A stretch of 64,000 nucleotides of DNA from the NCBI GenBank assembly GCA_030704615.1, contig CM060731.1:90520001-90584000 (forward strand). The letters are read 5' to 3'. A model generated the notes under the pieces. That model was not told the DNA's origin, ran no database searches, and was given only the letters and a program-made list of their open reading frames with translations. Source of the DNA: Takakia lepidozioides. Its lineage: Eukaryota > Plantae > Bryophyta. Within the stretch, counting starts at the first letter, position 1. Each line of letters opens with the position of its first letter. The position numbers were made by a program, and so were the translations under genes. Below, in pieces: positions 13,193 to 25,113 of this stretch.

Positions 13193-13890
13193 CTGTTCGC
13201 CGGATCACCCATAGAGACAAATCAATAGTCAGATTGACCAACTTGACACACACCTGGTAATTTCATTTTAAATCATGAAAGCCCTCCCAAAATGAAACTA
13301 TGTCCATGTCCTCCGTTGACAGTTTCACACATCTGCTAATAGGCACCTATATTCCTCTCTGAAACGTCGGAGGTGATGTCAGTCACAAAAGCAAGATCTT
13401 GTGAGAAAAATGTATCCATCAGCTGCATAGAATGACATGTCTGTTCTCCACGCAGCATCCCAAGAAAATTGATTTCATGAGTGAACTCAATATGCTTAGT
13501 GTCAGAGCCCAACAATCCTAAACATTCGCATTTTACATCTCTAACAAACACCAGCTGAAGTTTTCTTCAATACCCCATGCTGCACAAAAACTTGGTAGGA
13601 TACATGGGTGCCCCAGCCCAGCCTAGGTCTGATTGGTAGCTTCATTCATAGATTGACAAAATTCTTTATTCCTTGGCACAAAATGCTTTTGATGTCCTGG
13701 TAGTTTCCACATTCTCAGGAATGAAGCTTGCCACAGATAGGGAACATGGGAGGTATTTATGGAGACAAATATTTGGGTATTAGTACATATTAATAAAATT
13801 TACAGTTCAAAATTTACAGAGATGGAAGAAATAGAGAGGAGAGTTGGGTCCAAGACTGCTAGGATAAATGGCAGAAATTGGTAGACACAC

Positions 13891-14904
13891 CTTGCTACAG
13901 TCAGCAACCGCCTTTTTGTACTCCCCAATCTCCTTGAAGCATGAGATCCGGCAGGTGATGATTTCATCCAGTAGAGCCTTGTTTCCCCCCTCGTTTTGCA
14001 CCAGCTCCAGGGCCCATGAAAGCCACTTTATGGCATTGGGGAACTGGCCCTCCCTGTAAAATATATTGCCTTTCTTGCTCGCGGCAGTTGCCGATATGCC
14101 TGCGGGCGGGGGGGGGAGGTTTTCCAGCTCTGTTGTCACACATTCAGTTGTGAAGGAGTTGCTGTTACCACCCCCAAACATATCTTCACCCCACCCATCA
14201 TGAACTGAAGGTCGCTTTATTACAGGAGGGGCAGGGGACGGCAATGAAGAACTTGATAGGATGGGCTCGAGTGGATACTGGGGTGCTTCAGAGATCGAGG
14301 ATTTGCGGACACCAAACACCGAGGAGAGATGGTCTTCAACTCCAGCAAAAGGATCCGGTGTTGAGGATTTTGATGATTGTGGGGAGGATTTAAATGGTGA
14401 AGGCGCTGGTTTGCTGGCAAACACAAAAGGGTCCCCTCCAGAAGCAGTGAAGGGATCATGATTCGTCCCTGTAGGAGTTCCACTGTTCTGGAATTTTGGG
14501 ATTGAAAATTCTGCAAAAGGATCCCCCATAGGTTCAGGTTTAGCACTCATCAAGAAAGGCTCGCCCCCAGCAGAAGATGGTCGTTGGCCTGTGTTCTTAA
14601 ACATGGAGGTGAAGGAGAACGATGAGTCATCCATAAGGGGCAATTTTGGGGGCATCTTCTGTCTGGCTGAAGGCTCCTTGCTGGTTTCTGGCAGGGAAGA
14701 TTTCATACTTCCCATTGAGAACGAACCTTGCAACGTTGTTGACCGTTGCTTCAAAGGGCCTGAAGAACGTCCAAAGGCATCTCCAAGCAAGTCCCCGAAA
14801 ATATCACCTTTTCCAGAGAGTCCTACGCTTGCAATGCCAGCAGTTGCTAGCTTAGATGCTGCTGCACCACAACTTCTCCCCGTTAGATCAACTCCTTGGA
14901 TTTA
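13891..14904 (-). CDS. TPR-domain protein, main exon (Ser/Pro-rich region with DPF motifs, then TPR)
   Basis: ORF 13807-14790 extends upstream without a stop to about 14904. TPR motifs KGNIFYREGQFPNAIKWLSWA and CRISCFKEIGEYKKAVADCSK. Donor AAG|GTGTGT at 13891/13890 gives a 698-bp intron (13193-13890). Confidence 0.88.
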
Positions 14905-15272
14905 GATTATATTTCGATTGATCCCTCCCGTTCATTGACAGGAGTCCCGTGTTCATAATGCCCCCCACCGAACGCAATTGAAATTACATCCCCAGCATCA
15001 CAATTTCAATATATCAATAGTTCCAAAAACATTACGTCCCACATTAGGTTTTGGTTGGCTAAAGAATGCATTATCCACAGCCCATAGCTTACTTTGGGCC
15101 CGGCACACCAACCTGATGACGCATGTGACCCTGCCATATTCAAGGGCAGCTGTTTTTGATCCTTCAAGCTCGCGGTTGATTGCGGCTTCGTAAGACCAGG
15201 CCCAAGTCCGAAATCAAATTGGTAGTTGTTTAGCGAAGGTGCCGGGTTCAGCGAATCCTCCACCCTCCTCAT
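14905..15272 (-). CDS. TPR-domain protein, N-terminal segment (disrupted or partly intronic)
   Basis: ATG at 15272 gives MRRVEDSLNPAPSLNNYQFDFGLG...SLKDQK, matching the family's FDLGLG/LNDQK-type N-terminus. The frame breaks several times before the main exon. A possible 5'-UTR intron donor AAG|GTAAGT sits at 15495. Confidence 0.55.
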
Positions 15273-16491
15273 GGTCGCAGGATTTCCCTGACCCCCCCAG
15301 CCCTATCAGATCAGAGTATTGCTACTTGCAATAAGTTACACGCACTCCACAAAGCAGCCCAACCCTGGACTACCCTCCCATATACTGTGTCTCAACCAAA
15401 TGTACGCCTAACGTTGGTGTATGTCCGGTCTCTCTTCTGTTGTGCTCTCACTTTCAATGCGGAACGCCTGACACGCGCACGACCAGATTACTTACCTTCT
15501 TGATCTTCCTCCTCCTCGCTTTTTCGCGAGACCGTCGTTTGAAGTGAAGCGGCGTCCTCGACACAGGAAAAGGCTCCAGCTACCACAGCTTCACCTCACA
15601 GTCCGGGATTCAAATCCCCATGGGCTAGCCTACATCAGTACCACCCATTCTTGCCCCCTCAACAACGAGGCTTCTAGTCGAGGACTAGTGTGGAGCCGGA
15701 ATAGGCTGCCCTAGTTCCACATCATCATCAACTTTTTTCTTTTTGCCCAAATTGCCCAAAATAAAACCAAAATACAAAACCGAATTATAAATAAATAAAT
15801 AAATAATCAATTTTGTCAATCATCAGCAGCCACCACGTCATCACCATCTCTTTTTTCTAAATCTGCCTGAATTTCAAGGAGAAGAACTGAATCATTTCAA
15901 AAAATCATTTTTGTCAAATATGCTCTAATACAACATTACGCTTAGCCAACGAGTTTAAGGCAAGCGTAAAAACCTACGGGTTTTTTCTCTTTGTATTTTC
16001 AGGGAGCTTACCTGGCGGAATGTCACATCACCAATGAGGGGGGGATATTACGCGGGCCGGGGATCTTACATGTAATGTCCCGTGGGAGATTACGCACGCC
16101 ATCTTTTCCTTACAATGTCATCTTTTATGTTATTTGCCACAGTCTAAGCCGTCCACAACGAAAAGAAACCGGAAAGAAACCCTATGTCTTTACGCAGTGT
16201 AAGTCCCCCACCCTTGGGCAGGTACCTTGGTATTCGTGTCGTGACCTCGGGCTGCGCCCTCGGTCACTCCCCTCACACCGCCGTACACCCTCAGGTGGGG
16301 GACTTACCCTATACATATGATACCACGTTCCATTGGCCGGAGCTCCCTCTGCCTCCACAAGGAGACTACCAATCAAAATTTCCTCCCGCATGGGAAGGTG
16401 GGAGCACTCCACACCTCTCGCTCCTTCGGGAGGAGCCGACGAGGAACAGAGGACCAGGGATGGGGGAGTGAGAGTGGGAAAGGGAAACGGA

Positions 16492-17237
16492 GTGGTAAGC
16501 TGCAATGGGATCCTACCTATAGTTTTGGCTCTGTCTTGACATCAAGCCTATGACCTGCAATCTGGTTTTTTATATACAAAAGAGGCTGGATCTCGGTTGT
16601 TCATGCTGCTTGTTGGTACAAGTCTTGAACCTGCAATTTGACAGGCTGCATTCACATTCCCTTGATACCTTGTATGATCACATGTCTCGGGGTGAATACA
16701 AATGATATGGAATTTATTTCATCTTGCTCAAGTTGGACTGCTTGGTGGCATACTGAGATTCTGACAAACTGCAAGCTGGTCCTTATGCCTTGGCTGAAAT
16801 GGTAGGTTGCTGGTATGTGTACAGGCTGAACCAAGAGGCCTAGCAGCCTGCACAGGGACAGCAATATCTTATTTTGTCCCACACAAGAACAAACCCCGCC
16901 CTCCCACCCTGTTGTTTTGTCTTGGATGATTGGGTAATGTCAATTCATGGGAAGCTATGCCAAGAATGGAAATGTTAGATGGTGCCATGTTTTGGGCTGT
17001 TATGTCTTTAAGTGACAATGACCCTAGTAGGGTCTTGTCCATGTCTTGACATGACATGAATATCTTCTCACTCTCTCCCTCTCTCTTTTTAACTTTTTCT
17101 ACCCCCTCTCTCCCTCTGTGGAGAGAGAGAGAGAGAGAGAGAGGGACATATCAGGAAAAAAAAAAAAAAAAAAAAAAATGAAGGTGGGGGGGGGGGAGTG
17201 ACTGAGCCCCTCCCCCCCCCCCACCTTTTTTTTTTTC
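16492..17237 (+). repeat. Repeat family A, copy 2 (outer-end portion)
   Basis: Reverse complement of about 950-1820. Ends (GA)n-polyA-GGTG-polyG-AGTGACTGAGC-polyC-CACC-polyT. Confidence 0.85.
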
Positions 17238-17602
17238 GAGTAGGTTTTGCCGCATGAGTAATGAATTTCCTACCATGGGCGTGGGTTTCCATTAATCTGC
17301 AACTGTCTTCCAGGATGTTTAGAGTCGGAGAATCCTCCAGAACTTCAGAATCCAGCCCTTGCATAGTGGCAAATGAAGTCCCTTGGGGTGACTTATGGCA
17401 GCCAGTATTGCTGGAATTGGTGTAGGTCAGGGATTGATACACCAAGAAAGCTTGATCTTCATCCTTCCCAAACAAGAAGTTATATGTTGGACAACTGCCA
17501 GTTCATAAGAATCCTTGTTAGTAACACAACTTGGCAATGAAATAACCAGAAAGGAAGACGGTAGATAGTGTGTACAAACACCACTAAGTACACTGGAAAA
17601 GG

Positions 17603-20455
17603 AAGAGTGGGAAGATATTCATGTCATGTCAAGACATGGACAAGACCCATTAGGGTCATTGTCAATTAAAGACATAAACAGCCCATGACATGGCACCATC
17701 TAACACTTCCAGTCTTGTCAAAGCAGACCAAGTGACAACACCCATTCAATCATGATCAAATAGGGTGGGAGGGCGGGGTCTATTCATGTTCAAATTCCTG
17801 TAAATAGCCCAAGACATGCACCATGCAAGGCTCCATGGGTACCTTCCTCTTCATCTGAATTCTGGTCATGTTATCAGCTGCATCAGCGCGTACTTCTACC
17901 AACAAAATACTATGTACTATCTTGGCTAAGATAGTCAATGCAAACAGAACAGATTGGGATACAAAGTTGCTAACAGCTTTGTGGTCATACAAGACTTCAT
18001 ATAAAGTCACCACTAAGTATACACCATTCCAATTAATTTATGGTATGGAAGCTTTACTTCCAGTGGAATTCTTGTTACCTACCATGAGAACTGAATGGGG
18101 AAGGAGAATGGAATTGGAAGATTCAATTAAGGTCAGGAAACATGAATTATACCATGTGGAACCATTTGTAGGTACCCCAAGATATGCATCATGCAAGGCT
18201 CCTGGGTAGGTAAGAACAGCCTGTCCTACTACAGATTCAGGATATGTTCATACAAGTACCATGAAGGACCATCCTGCAATTAATCAGATTTCAGGCATGC
18301 AACCAAGTAAACTTCTTGGGCATGACAAAACATATTGCAGCTTCACTCTTTGCCATTTGTAAGTACCCCAAGACAAGGCCTCTTGGGTAGGTAAGAACAA
18401 CCTGCCATACTACAGATTCAAGACATGTATACACAAGCATCTTGATGGACCAACCTGCAGTTTATTAGACTCCAAACAAGCAACCAAGTGACCCACTTGG
18501 GCATGACAAGATAGACTGCAACTTCATTCTACACCATATATAATTGCCCCAAGACATGCATCATGTAAGGCATTTTGGCATGGAAGAAAGGTCTGCCATG
18601 TTACTGCTTCAAGATATGGACACACATACACTTTGAGTGCCCGAGACCAAGCCCACTTGGCCAAAAAATAATAAATTATACATTGCAGGTGGCTGGTCTG
18701 ATGGCAAAATAAGGCAAATAATCACTGGCAAAGGTCCAGTAGAGCTTACCACCATTGTTTTCCAAGAGGCTTATGCCAGGTTTTGCAAATAAAACCTCAC
18801 TATGCTCCATTTCACACCAAATCCAGGCCTGAAAGAGGCCTGTCATTGCCTTATCAGGCTGCCATCTTTAAAAATAGGGCCTCCTCATCCTTAGAACCTA
18901 ACAGCCATTGATGTCTTTACCCATAAACCATAACTCATCTTTTAAGGCCAGAACAGTACCTAGTTTAAAAATCCACAGGCAATGCTGTCAAAGATTCAAG
19001 ACAAGGTAAGGTCCAGATGTTGGGCTTCAAGAGACAAGCCTGTCAGGCCGAAGTGCTCTATCAAAGGCAACAAAACATAAGTCAAAAGTAAGCATTAGCA
19101 TGCCAAACCAGGAGCAAGCGGGCCGAAATCGGGGCTGCAGGCAGCAGCCAAGTCAGGACGCCATACACAATAGATTCCCTTTGCCCACATCCTTATCTGC
19201 AAGCTCAAGAGAATTCAAAGCAAGTAGGGATCCTCACCTGGTCCCATCACAAGCCCCCACAAAAACCAACAGGTTAGTGAGGATTGTGGAACCCCAGGTG
19301 AATCACAGACCCCTACACTTGTCATTGATGTCAACTAAGAACCTCAAAAGCAAGAGAGAAAGACATAAAGCAAAAGGAACCCTAATCACCAAAAGCACCT
19401 TGAGCGATTGGGGAAGATAACTGTGCGCCATCGCCACCAGCAAGCCACCTCCAGCAAAGCTAAGGAGAAATGAAGCATACAAGCACTCTTGCTAGGTTTA
19501 AGAAGGGAGAGAGAGATACTTCCCAACACAAGCGCCGTTGCAAAAATTAAAAGCCAGAGGAGGGAAAGAGACGATGCATTCACAGCATTGTTTCCCGCCT
19601 GTGAGAAAAGACAAAACGCCGCCATTGCGCATCCCCAGGAGATCATCCAGCATGGGTACGATGCAGCAAACAGGGTAGCAGCAAAACGCAGACGCCATAA
19701 CTCTCATCCCGCTAGCTCAGAAGCACGAGCAGTGCTTCTGACGGTGGGAGAGACACCCTAGGGCTCATGCCCGATTTTTCATCCATGCAGGATGAGTAAT
19801 CAACACCACATTTTTCAAAACCCGACAGATGTTATCCGTTAGCTAGGTTTAAACGGGAGGTTATAGGGTAGGGGTTAGGGTTTCACTCCTCAATTAACCA
19901 TAATTAAAGGTAATTAATCATCAGTCCAGGGCCATCATAAGCTGCATATTTCATCCGGTTCAGATGAAAAAGTCAATAAGTTCATTCGTTGGAGAAAGTT
20001 CGTCAGTAGGATGGAAAAACAGTAAATAACATCCAAAGCATCGGTTTCACATCCTAACAGGTAATTCAACATCCCCAAAAAAAATGCCTCATCCAGTATG
20101 GGAAAAAGCCATAAAAGAGGAATGAACGAATTAATATCCTGCTATTTTTCATCTAGTATGGATGGAAAAAATATCTATATAGGATGTCAGTGTCAACCCC
20201 TACAGAGGTAATTCCTCATTCTCTGGTGACTCATCTGGTATGGATGAAAGTCAATAAAAGAGGAATGAAAAAATCATAGACTCAGTTTAGAGGTAATTTA
20301 GTGTTCACCCAGGTAATTCATCCGGTATGGATAAAAAATTGTTATAGGGTGGGTGAAAAAATTGTTTAGAGTCCATCCGGTATAAACAGGAAAAAAAACA
20401 CTGATAAAACCGGCCAATTCCAAGGAGGGAGGGAGACAAAGGGAGAGAGGGGGCA
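17603..20455 (-). repeat. Left inverted arm (family A) flanking the Penelope-like RT
   Basis: Near-continuous reverse complement of 27091-29780. The spurious ORFs 19100-19420(+) and 28209-28442(-) are almost identical. Confidence 0.93.
17843..18161. mobile_element. Captured gypsy integrase fragment in two opposite-orientation pieces
   Basis: 17897-18161(+) encodes TNKILCTILAK...KHELYHVE. 17843-17897(-) encodes EVRADAADNMTRIQMKRK. Both match the integrase at 49.6-49.9 kb. Absent from the right arm. Confidence 0.85.
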
Positions 20456-21519
20456 ACAAACTTGGGATTCGTACATATGTTATACCCCAACTGAGGTATG
20501 GAATGGATAAGCCCTAAAAACATGATTAAGGAAGCTTTGGTGGCTCATGGCCAACATGACCTTGCTCTCCTTGTTGATGAGATTGTCTTTGGTTGGACCT
20601 ATCATAAACAATGCAGTACTGAATTCTACTAGCCTGCTGTTGTTTTCTGTGATTTCAAGTTCTTGCAAGATCTGATTATGTCACCAGAATGCGTCTGTGA
20701 CAGCACAAACAGGTTTCGTGCGTTTGGTGATGAGGCTACTAAAACAGAGTTCCATCTACCTGGCTCTCTTCCCAAACAACATGTACGTACCATGGATCTA
20801 AACATCATCAGACATGACCGATTGAAAGCAGTGTTCAGCCTAGGTATGAATCACATTCCTCTCAAACGCACCTTGTTGAAGGATGTGGTTGAACAAGTCC
20901 CCTCTGCTTTTTTCAAGACATGTAACATTCTACAAATAAATACTTGTGAGGATTTGCAGCTTATGGCTGAAAAACTCATGTTGGGATAGACTGAAACAAA
21001 AAGCCAGCAGACGTAATGGCCGTTTCAATCACCATGAAAGAAATCTTTTTTTAGTGCAAGAGGCACGGGATGAACTCGAATGGCTCCTTTCTCACCTTTA
21101 CATGTCTGGACTTGACAAGGCTAACAACAATGTATGTTTTATGTGTGTGAAGCACATAAGCTCAAGCATACCACCGACTGATGGGTAAAGATTTCAAACC
21201 CTGTTATGAAAATGAGGTATGGCTTTTACCCGATTCTGTCTTGTTAAGCATTTCTGAAGAATTACAGAAGTTGCTACCTGAAATACCAGCAGCGGCATGT
21301 AACCTCCCCTACATGATGGGAATTTACAAGCTACACAAAAAGAAGTACCGCTGGATTACCAACGCCCATAAGTGTATTTTCAGCGAACTTGCCAGTCTAT
21401 TGACACGTGCCACCATGGACTTATTGCATTGGGTAAAGGAATGGGTCAAAGCACGGCTTGATACTTATGAGAATTTTTTCAAAGTGTCCACTTCCATGTA
21501 CTGGATAATAGACAACATC

Positions 21520-22248
21520 TGTCGCGGGCCTTTGCCTTGAGGGCAGGGGGTCGGGACACATGAGGGGCTGCCCCTGTGGTGGGGGCAGCGGCAGCGATAG
21601 GTACGGGGGGCTGAAGCACCCTTGAGTGCCAAAGGCACTCAAGGAGGCGGAGGCGCTCACTAGGTGGAGCCCCGCACACCGGGTTGCGGTGGGGGTGGCT
21701 CCACAAGGGGTGGTGGTAGCTTAGTGGGACTTAGTGGGGGGGCATAGGACTCACCATGGGGGCGGGAGACCTCGTGGTGGGAGTCCTGGGGAGTCTTGGG
21801 ACTCATCACGGCCCAATGGGGCCATGGTGGGTGGGCCAAGACTCACCGCGACTCATCACCGGGAGTCGAGGGTTTTTGTGGTGGTTCGCCATAAAATGGC
21901 ATGGTTGTTTGTGAAACCCCCGCGGACAGCTACAGAAGTATATATAGGGAGTAGTAACCCCGAGAACGGTGCAAGCCCGTTGGTGACCAAAAACTAGTGA
22001 GTAAGCGAGCGAGCCGGAAAGCGACCAAAGAGTGGGAGTTGTTGTTCCGGACTGCCAACTACCAAAGGGAATTCCCACTGGGCCCAAATTGGTGGAGGGT
22101 TCTGTGGGAGAGCGAAGGGGGACCGTTATGTCCCGGTGAGCAGCCGAAGCTCCAAGTTGGCCCGGCGGCTAGGTTGGGAGTTAGGCGCGCGCATCAAAGC
22201 GAGTAACTATGACTTGAAGGGGAGCTTACCGAAGTGAGGTGCGCGACA
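21520..22248 (+). repeat. 5' LTR
   Basis: TG...CA termini, direct repeat of 25114-25846, internal TATATA, followed by the PBS. Confidence 0.95.
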
Positions 22249-22250
22249 TT

Positions 22251-22262
22251 TGGTATCAGAGC
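22251..22262 (+). promoter_or_regulatory. Primer binding site (initiator tRNA-Met)
   Basis: TGGTATCAGAGC two bases after the LTR end. Confidence 0.92.
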
Positions 22263-22303
22263 CTAGAGTTCAGTACGTGATCGTCCTTGGGATTGGCCTC
22301 ATC

Positions 22304-23957
22304 ATGGGATCGGGCAAGCCAAAGCGGAAGCGGAACGGCCCAAAGGATGATGATCCTGGTGAGCCTGATGGGGGCGACGTGTCACCAAGGCGGCCGTTTG
22401 AGGAAGCGATGCATGTTTCCGAGAACGAGGCCGCTCAAGAGCGGGAGGAATCTGAGGAGTCGGAGCCCGAGGTATCCTCGAGAGCTCCGACCGACCAACA
22501 GATGCCTCCCATGCCGGCAGCCTTTTGGGAAGGTTTGTTGGCGCAATTTGGCGGGACGTTGAAAGACGTGTTGAAGGCGGCTAATGTCACTTCCACTAAG
22601 GTAAAGTTTAAGGTGAAGCCTAAGGAACCCGGCACCTTCGAGGGCGTCCGAAATCGGAAGGCACTCAACACCTGGCTCTTGGAGCTAGAGCAGTACTTCC
22701 GGGCGGCCAAGTTGAGTGACGAGGATCGGGTGGAAGTGGCTCCCACCTATTTGAGGGGCTATGCTCAACAATGGTGGCAGAAACGCCTTCACGACCGAGG
22801 TCCAAGCCCGGAAACCTTGAACTGGAGTGGGTTCAAGGAATTGATGAAGAGGCAGTTTGTGCCCCTCAACGCTTCTTGGCTTGCCCGGGACAAGATGAGG
22901 AATTTGAAGCAAACAGATGACATTCGGGGATATGTCCAGGCTTTCAATGTGCTTTTGCTCGAAGTCGCGGACATGGCAGAACCAGAAATGGTCTTCAACT
23001 TTGTGGCGGGACTGGCCCCATGGGCCAAGTGGAAGTTGGAGGAGAAGCCACCTAAGACTTTGAACGAGGCAATTGAGAGGGCTGATTGTTTCTCGGATGT
23101 CCCTAGGGGTGAAAGACAAGGCCGTACGGAGCTGAACCACAAGAAGACCCGGCGGGAAGGTGACTCCTTCTGACCGGAAAAGAAGTGGGATAGGCCACCC
23201 TGGCACGTGGAAATCGAAGGGAGGGCCTTCACACGTCAAGGCGGCACCCGGTGCTTCGAAAGGAAAAGTGGGTGGAGCGGCCTATGGCGGACAGAAGGCG
23301 ACCTTTGATGGAGTGTGTTTCAATTGCAGGGAGCCCGAGCACATGGCCAAGAAGTGCACGAAGCCCCGGCAATTGAACATGACTCAGGCGACCACAGAGC
23401 TGTCGGAAGATACCATCGGTCGCTTGGTGGAAGCGGTCGCCAGGACTTGCAAGGTAGGCAAATTTTCTTGTGAGTTGTATCAGGAAACTGACGCCTTACG
23501 TAAAGGGAGTCAGTTATTGTTCGTGGATGGGATAATATTCGGAACTAACGTGTCGTTGTTGGTGGGAGCGTCGCACTCCTTCATGACACCGGCAACGGCA
23601 CAAAAGCTGGGACTCCCGACAAGTGACGTGGGGGCCTCTATTGAGGTGCATTCTGCCAAAGGACAACCACAATTGGCGACGAGGTTGGCGTTCGATGTCC
23701 CTCTTCAACTGGGGAGTTGGGAAGGACGTGAGAACTTCACCATTTGCGAGATCGATGGAGTGGATCTCATTTTGGGGATGACCTTTTTGAGCAAATCCGG
23801 AGCGGTCATAGATGGCCGCAAGAGAGTAGTCACGCTGCCATGTGGGGATGGTGGCAAAGTCTTACGAGTGTCGGAAATGCCCAAACCCGTGGGAGGGCGA
23901 ATAAACCTTCTGTCAGCAAGGGAGTGGATCGTGGAAGAAACACACGAGCCCCGATGA
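22304..23957 (+). CDS. gag: gag (with CCHC knuckle) plus aspartic protease; one frameshift
   Basis: KEPGTFEGVRNRKALNTWLLELEQYF gag motif, CFNCREPEHMAKKC knuckle, and DLILGMTFL protease C-terminus. Frameshift near 23160. Confidence 0.88.
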
Positions 23958-24207
23958 AGCGCGTCCGAATCGACATCAAGTGTTACGTCCACCACCTGTG
24001 TTGTTGGATCATGAAAATGAACCTGAGTACGAGGTGGAGGCAGTGCTTAAGTCGAGGAGGTTCAAGAACCGAGAAACGGAGTATCTCGTGAAATGGAAGG
24101 GCTATCATCATGTGGAGGCATCTTGGGTGCGTGCCTCAGTAATGGAAAACGCATCCGAGGCGGTTGCAGCGTTCGAAGGGCGACCTCAAAAGCGGAAGAA
24201 GCGTTGA
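23953..24207 (+). CDS. Integrase C-terminal chromodomain remnant
   Basis: EYEVEAVLKSRRFKNRETEYLVKWKGYHHVEASWV is a canonical chromodomain. Confidence 0.9.
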   Translation, partial: DEARPNRHQVLRPPPVLLDHENEPEYEVEAVLKSRRFKNRETEYLVKWKGYHHVEASWVRASVMENASEAVAAFEGRPQKRKKR

Positions 24208-25113
24208 TGGGGACATCAACCTTGGAGCGTGGGGGAGGAAATGCATGCTTAGCCTGGCTTAGCTAGCTCAGGAATCCGATTGCAAAAACTTGTATTGTAC
24301 AAAAATTTGTTATAAAGGAAATGGGTTCCAAATGTTGTGCGTCCCATTTTGTTTAGAATGGTGATACATGGTGTGGTTGGCTAGTGTGTAGAATGCATGC
24401 TAGCTTACAAAAGTGGGAGAGGTAAATTGGGTTAATCGTGTGTTTGCGTAGTGCCAAAATCGGGTGACTCCCATCCAAGGGGCAAGGTAACATGCGCCTT
24501 CTTTGGGAGTTCACGTGCTAGTGCGCACCTGGCGCGTGCGCGTACTATAACTGCGCTACCGAGGTGGTTGCCTTGTAGTGCGGGCTAACGCGGAAGCTAC
24601 GTGCTTCCGTTCACGTACTATAATTGTGTAGCCTCGGGACGAAGTCGTAATGCGGCTTCGACGTGTTCCCGTACCTCAGGCCAGCATTCCAAGACGGACC
24701 CAATTGTAGTGATTGGGGCGTACGGTTGGTTCAAGGTTATCTTCCTAGTCAAATGGGGTTCGAGGTGAACCCTTGCGCAAGGTGATGCCAAAAGCGGCAT
24801 CATGAGCGATCGCAAGCAATGTTGTTGCAGTAAGGCGATTCGATCCTCGGGGAGGATCATTCCCTGGCCTTGAAGTAGGCCAAGAAGAGTGCACTGGGAG
24901 GAGCTTGAGAGGCTCCACCCCTGGCCGGGACTTGGAGGAAGTCGGCCGAACTAGCTAGTGGAGAGTAGAGTCAAGTGTGGGGTTTGGTTCTTTGCCATGG
25001 GACGCCATGGTACGGAAACAAACTCCTTGATGTGGGACACCACAACTTGGATGTTCGTTTCTACAAAATGGACAAGTCGATGAGGACATCGACTCCCTGT
25101 TGGTAGGGGTGTG

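Noticed and set aside
16005-16020. U1 snRNA 5' end (CTTACCTGG)
   Set aside because: No downstream U1 stem-loops or Sm site; it is just the complement of a splice-donor-like sequence.
19100-19761. Conserved ORFs recurring in family-A copies
   Set aside because: They recur only because the DNA repeat recurs. Frames are not preserved in the diverged copy at 37.6-38.4 kb and no domain is recognisable.
19878-19930. Hammerhead ribozyme (CTGATGA...GAAAC on the minus strand), expected in PLEs
   Set aside because: No stem II pairing directly between the two core motifs, and the other arm has CTGATCA. Other CTGANGA hits I noticed lacked a suitable GAAA. A formal motif search is still needed.
23150-23175. 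Programmed gag-pro frameshift
   Set aside because: The relative at about 56790 reads through this position in frame, so it is a private indel or sequencing error.
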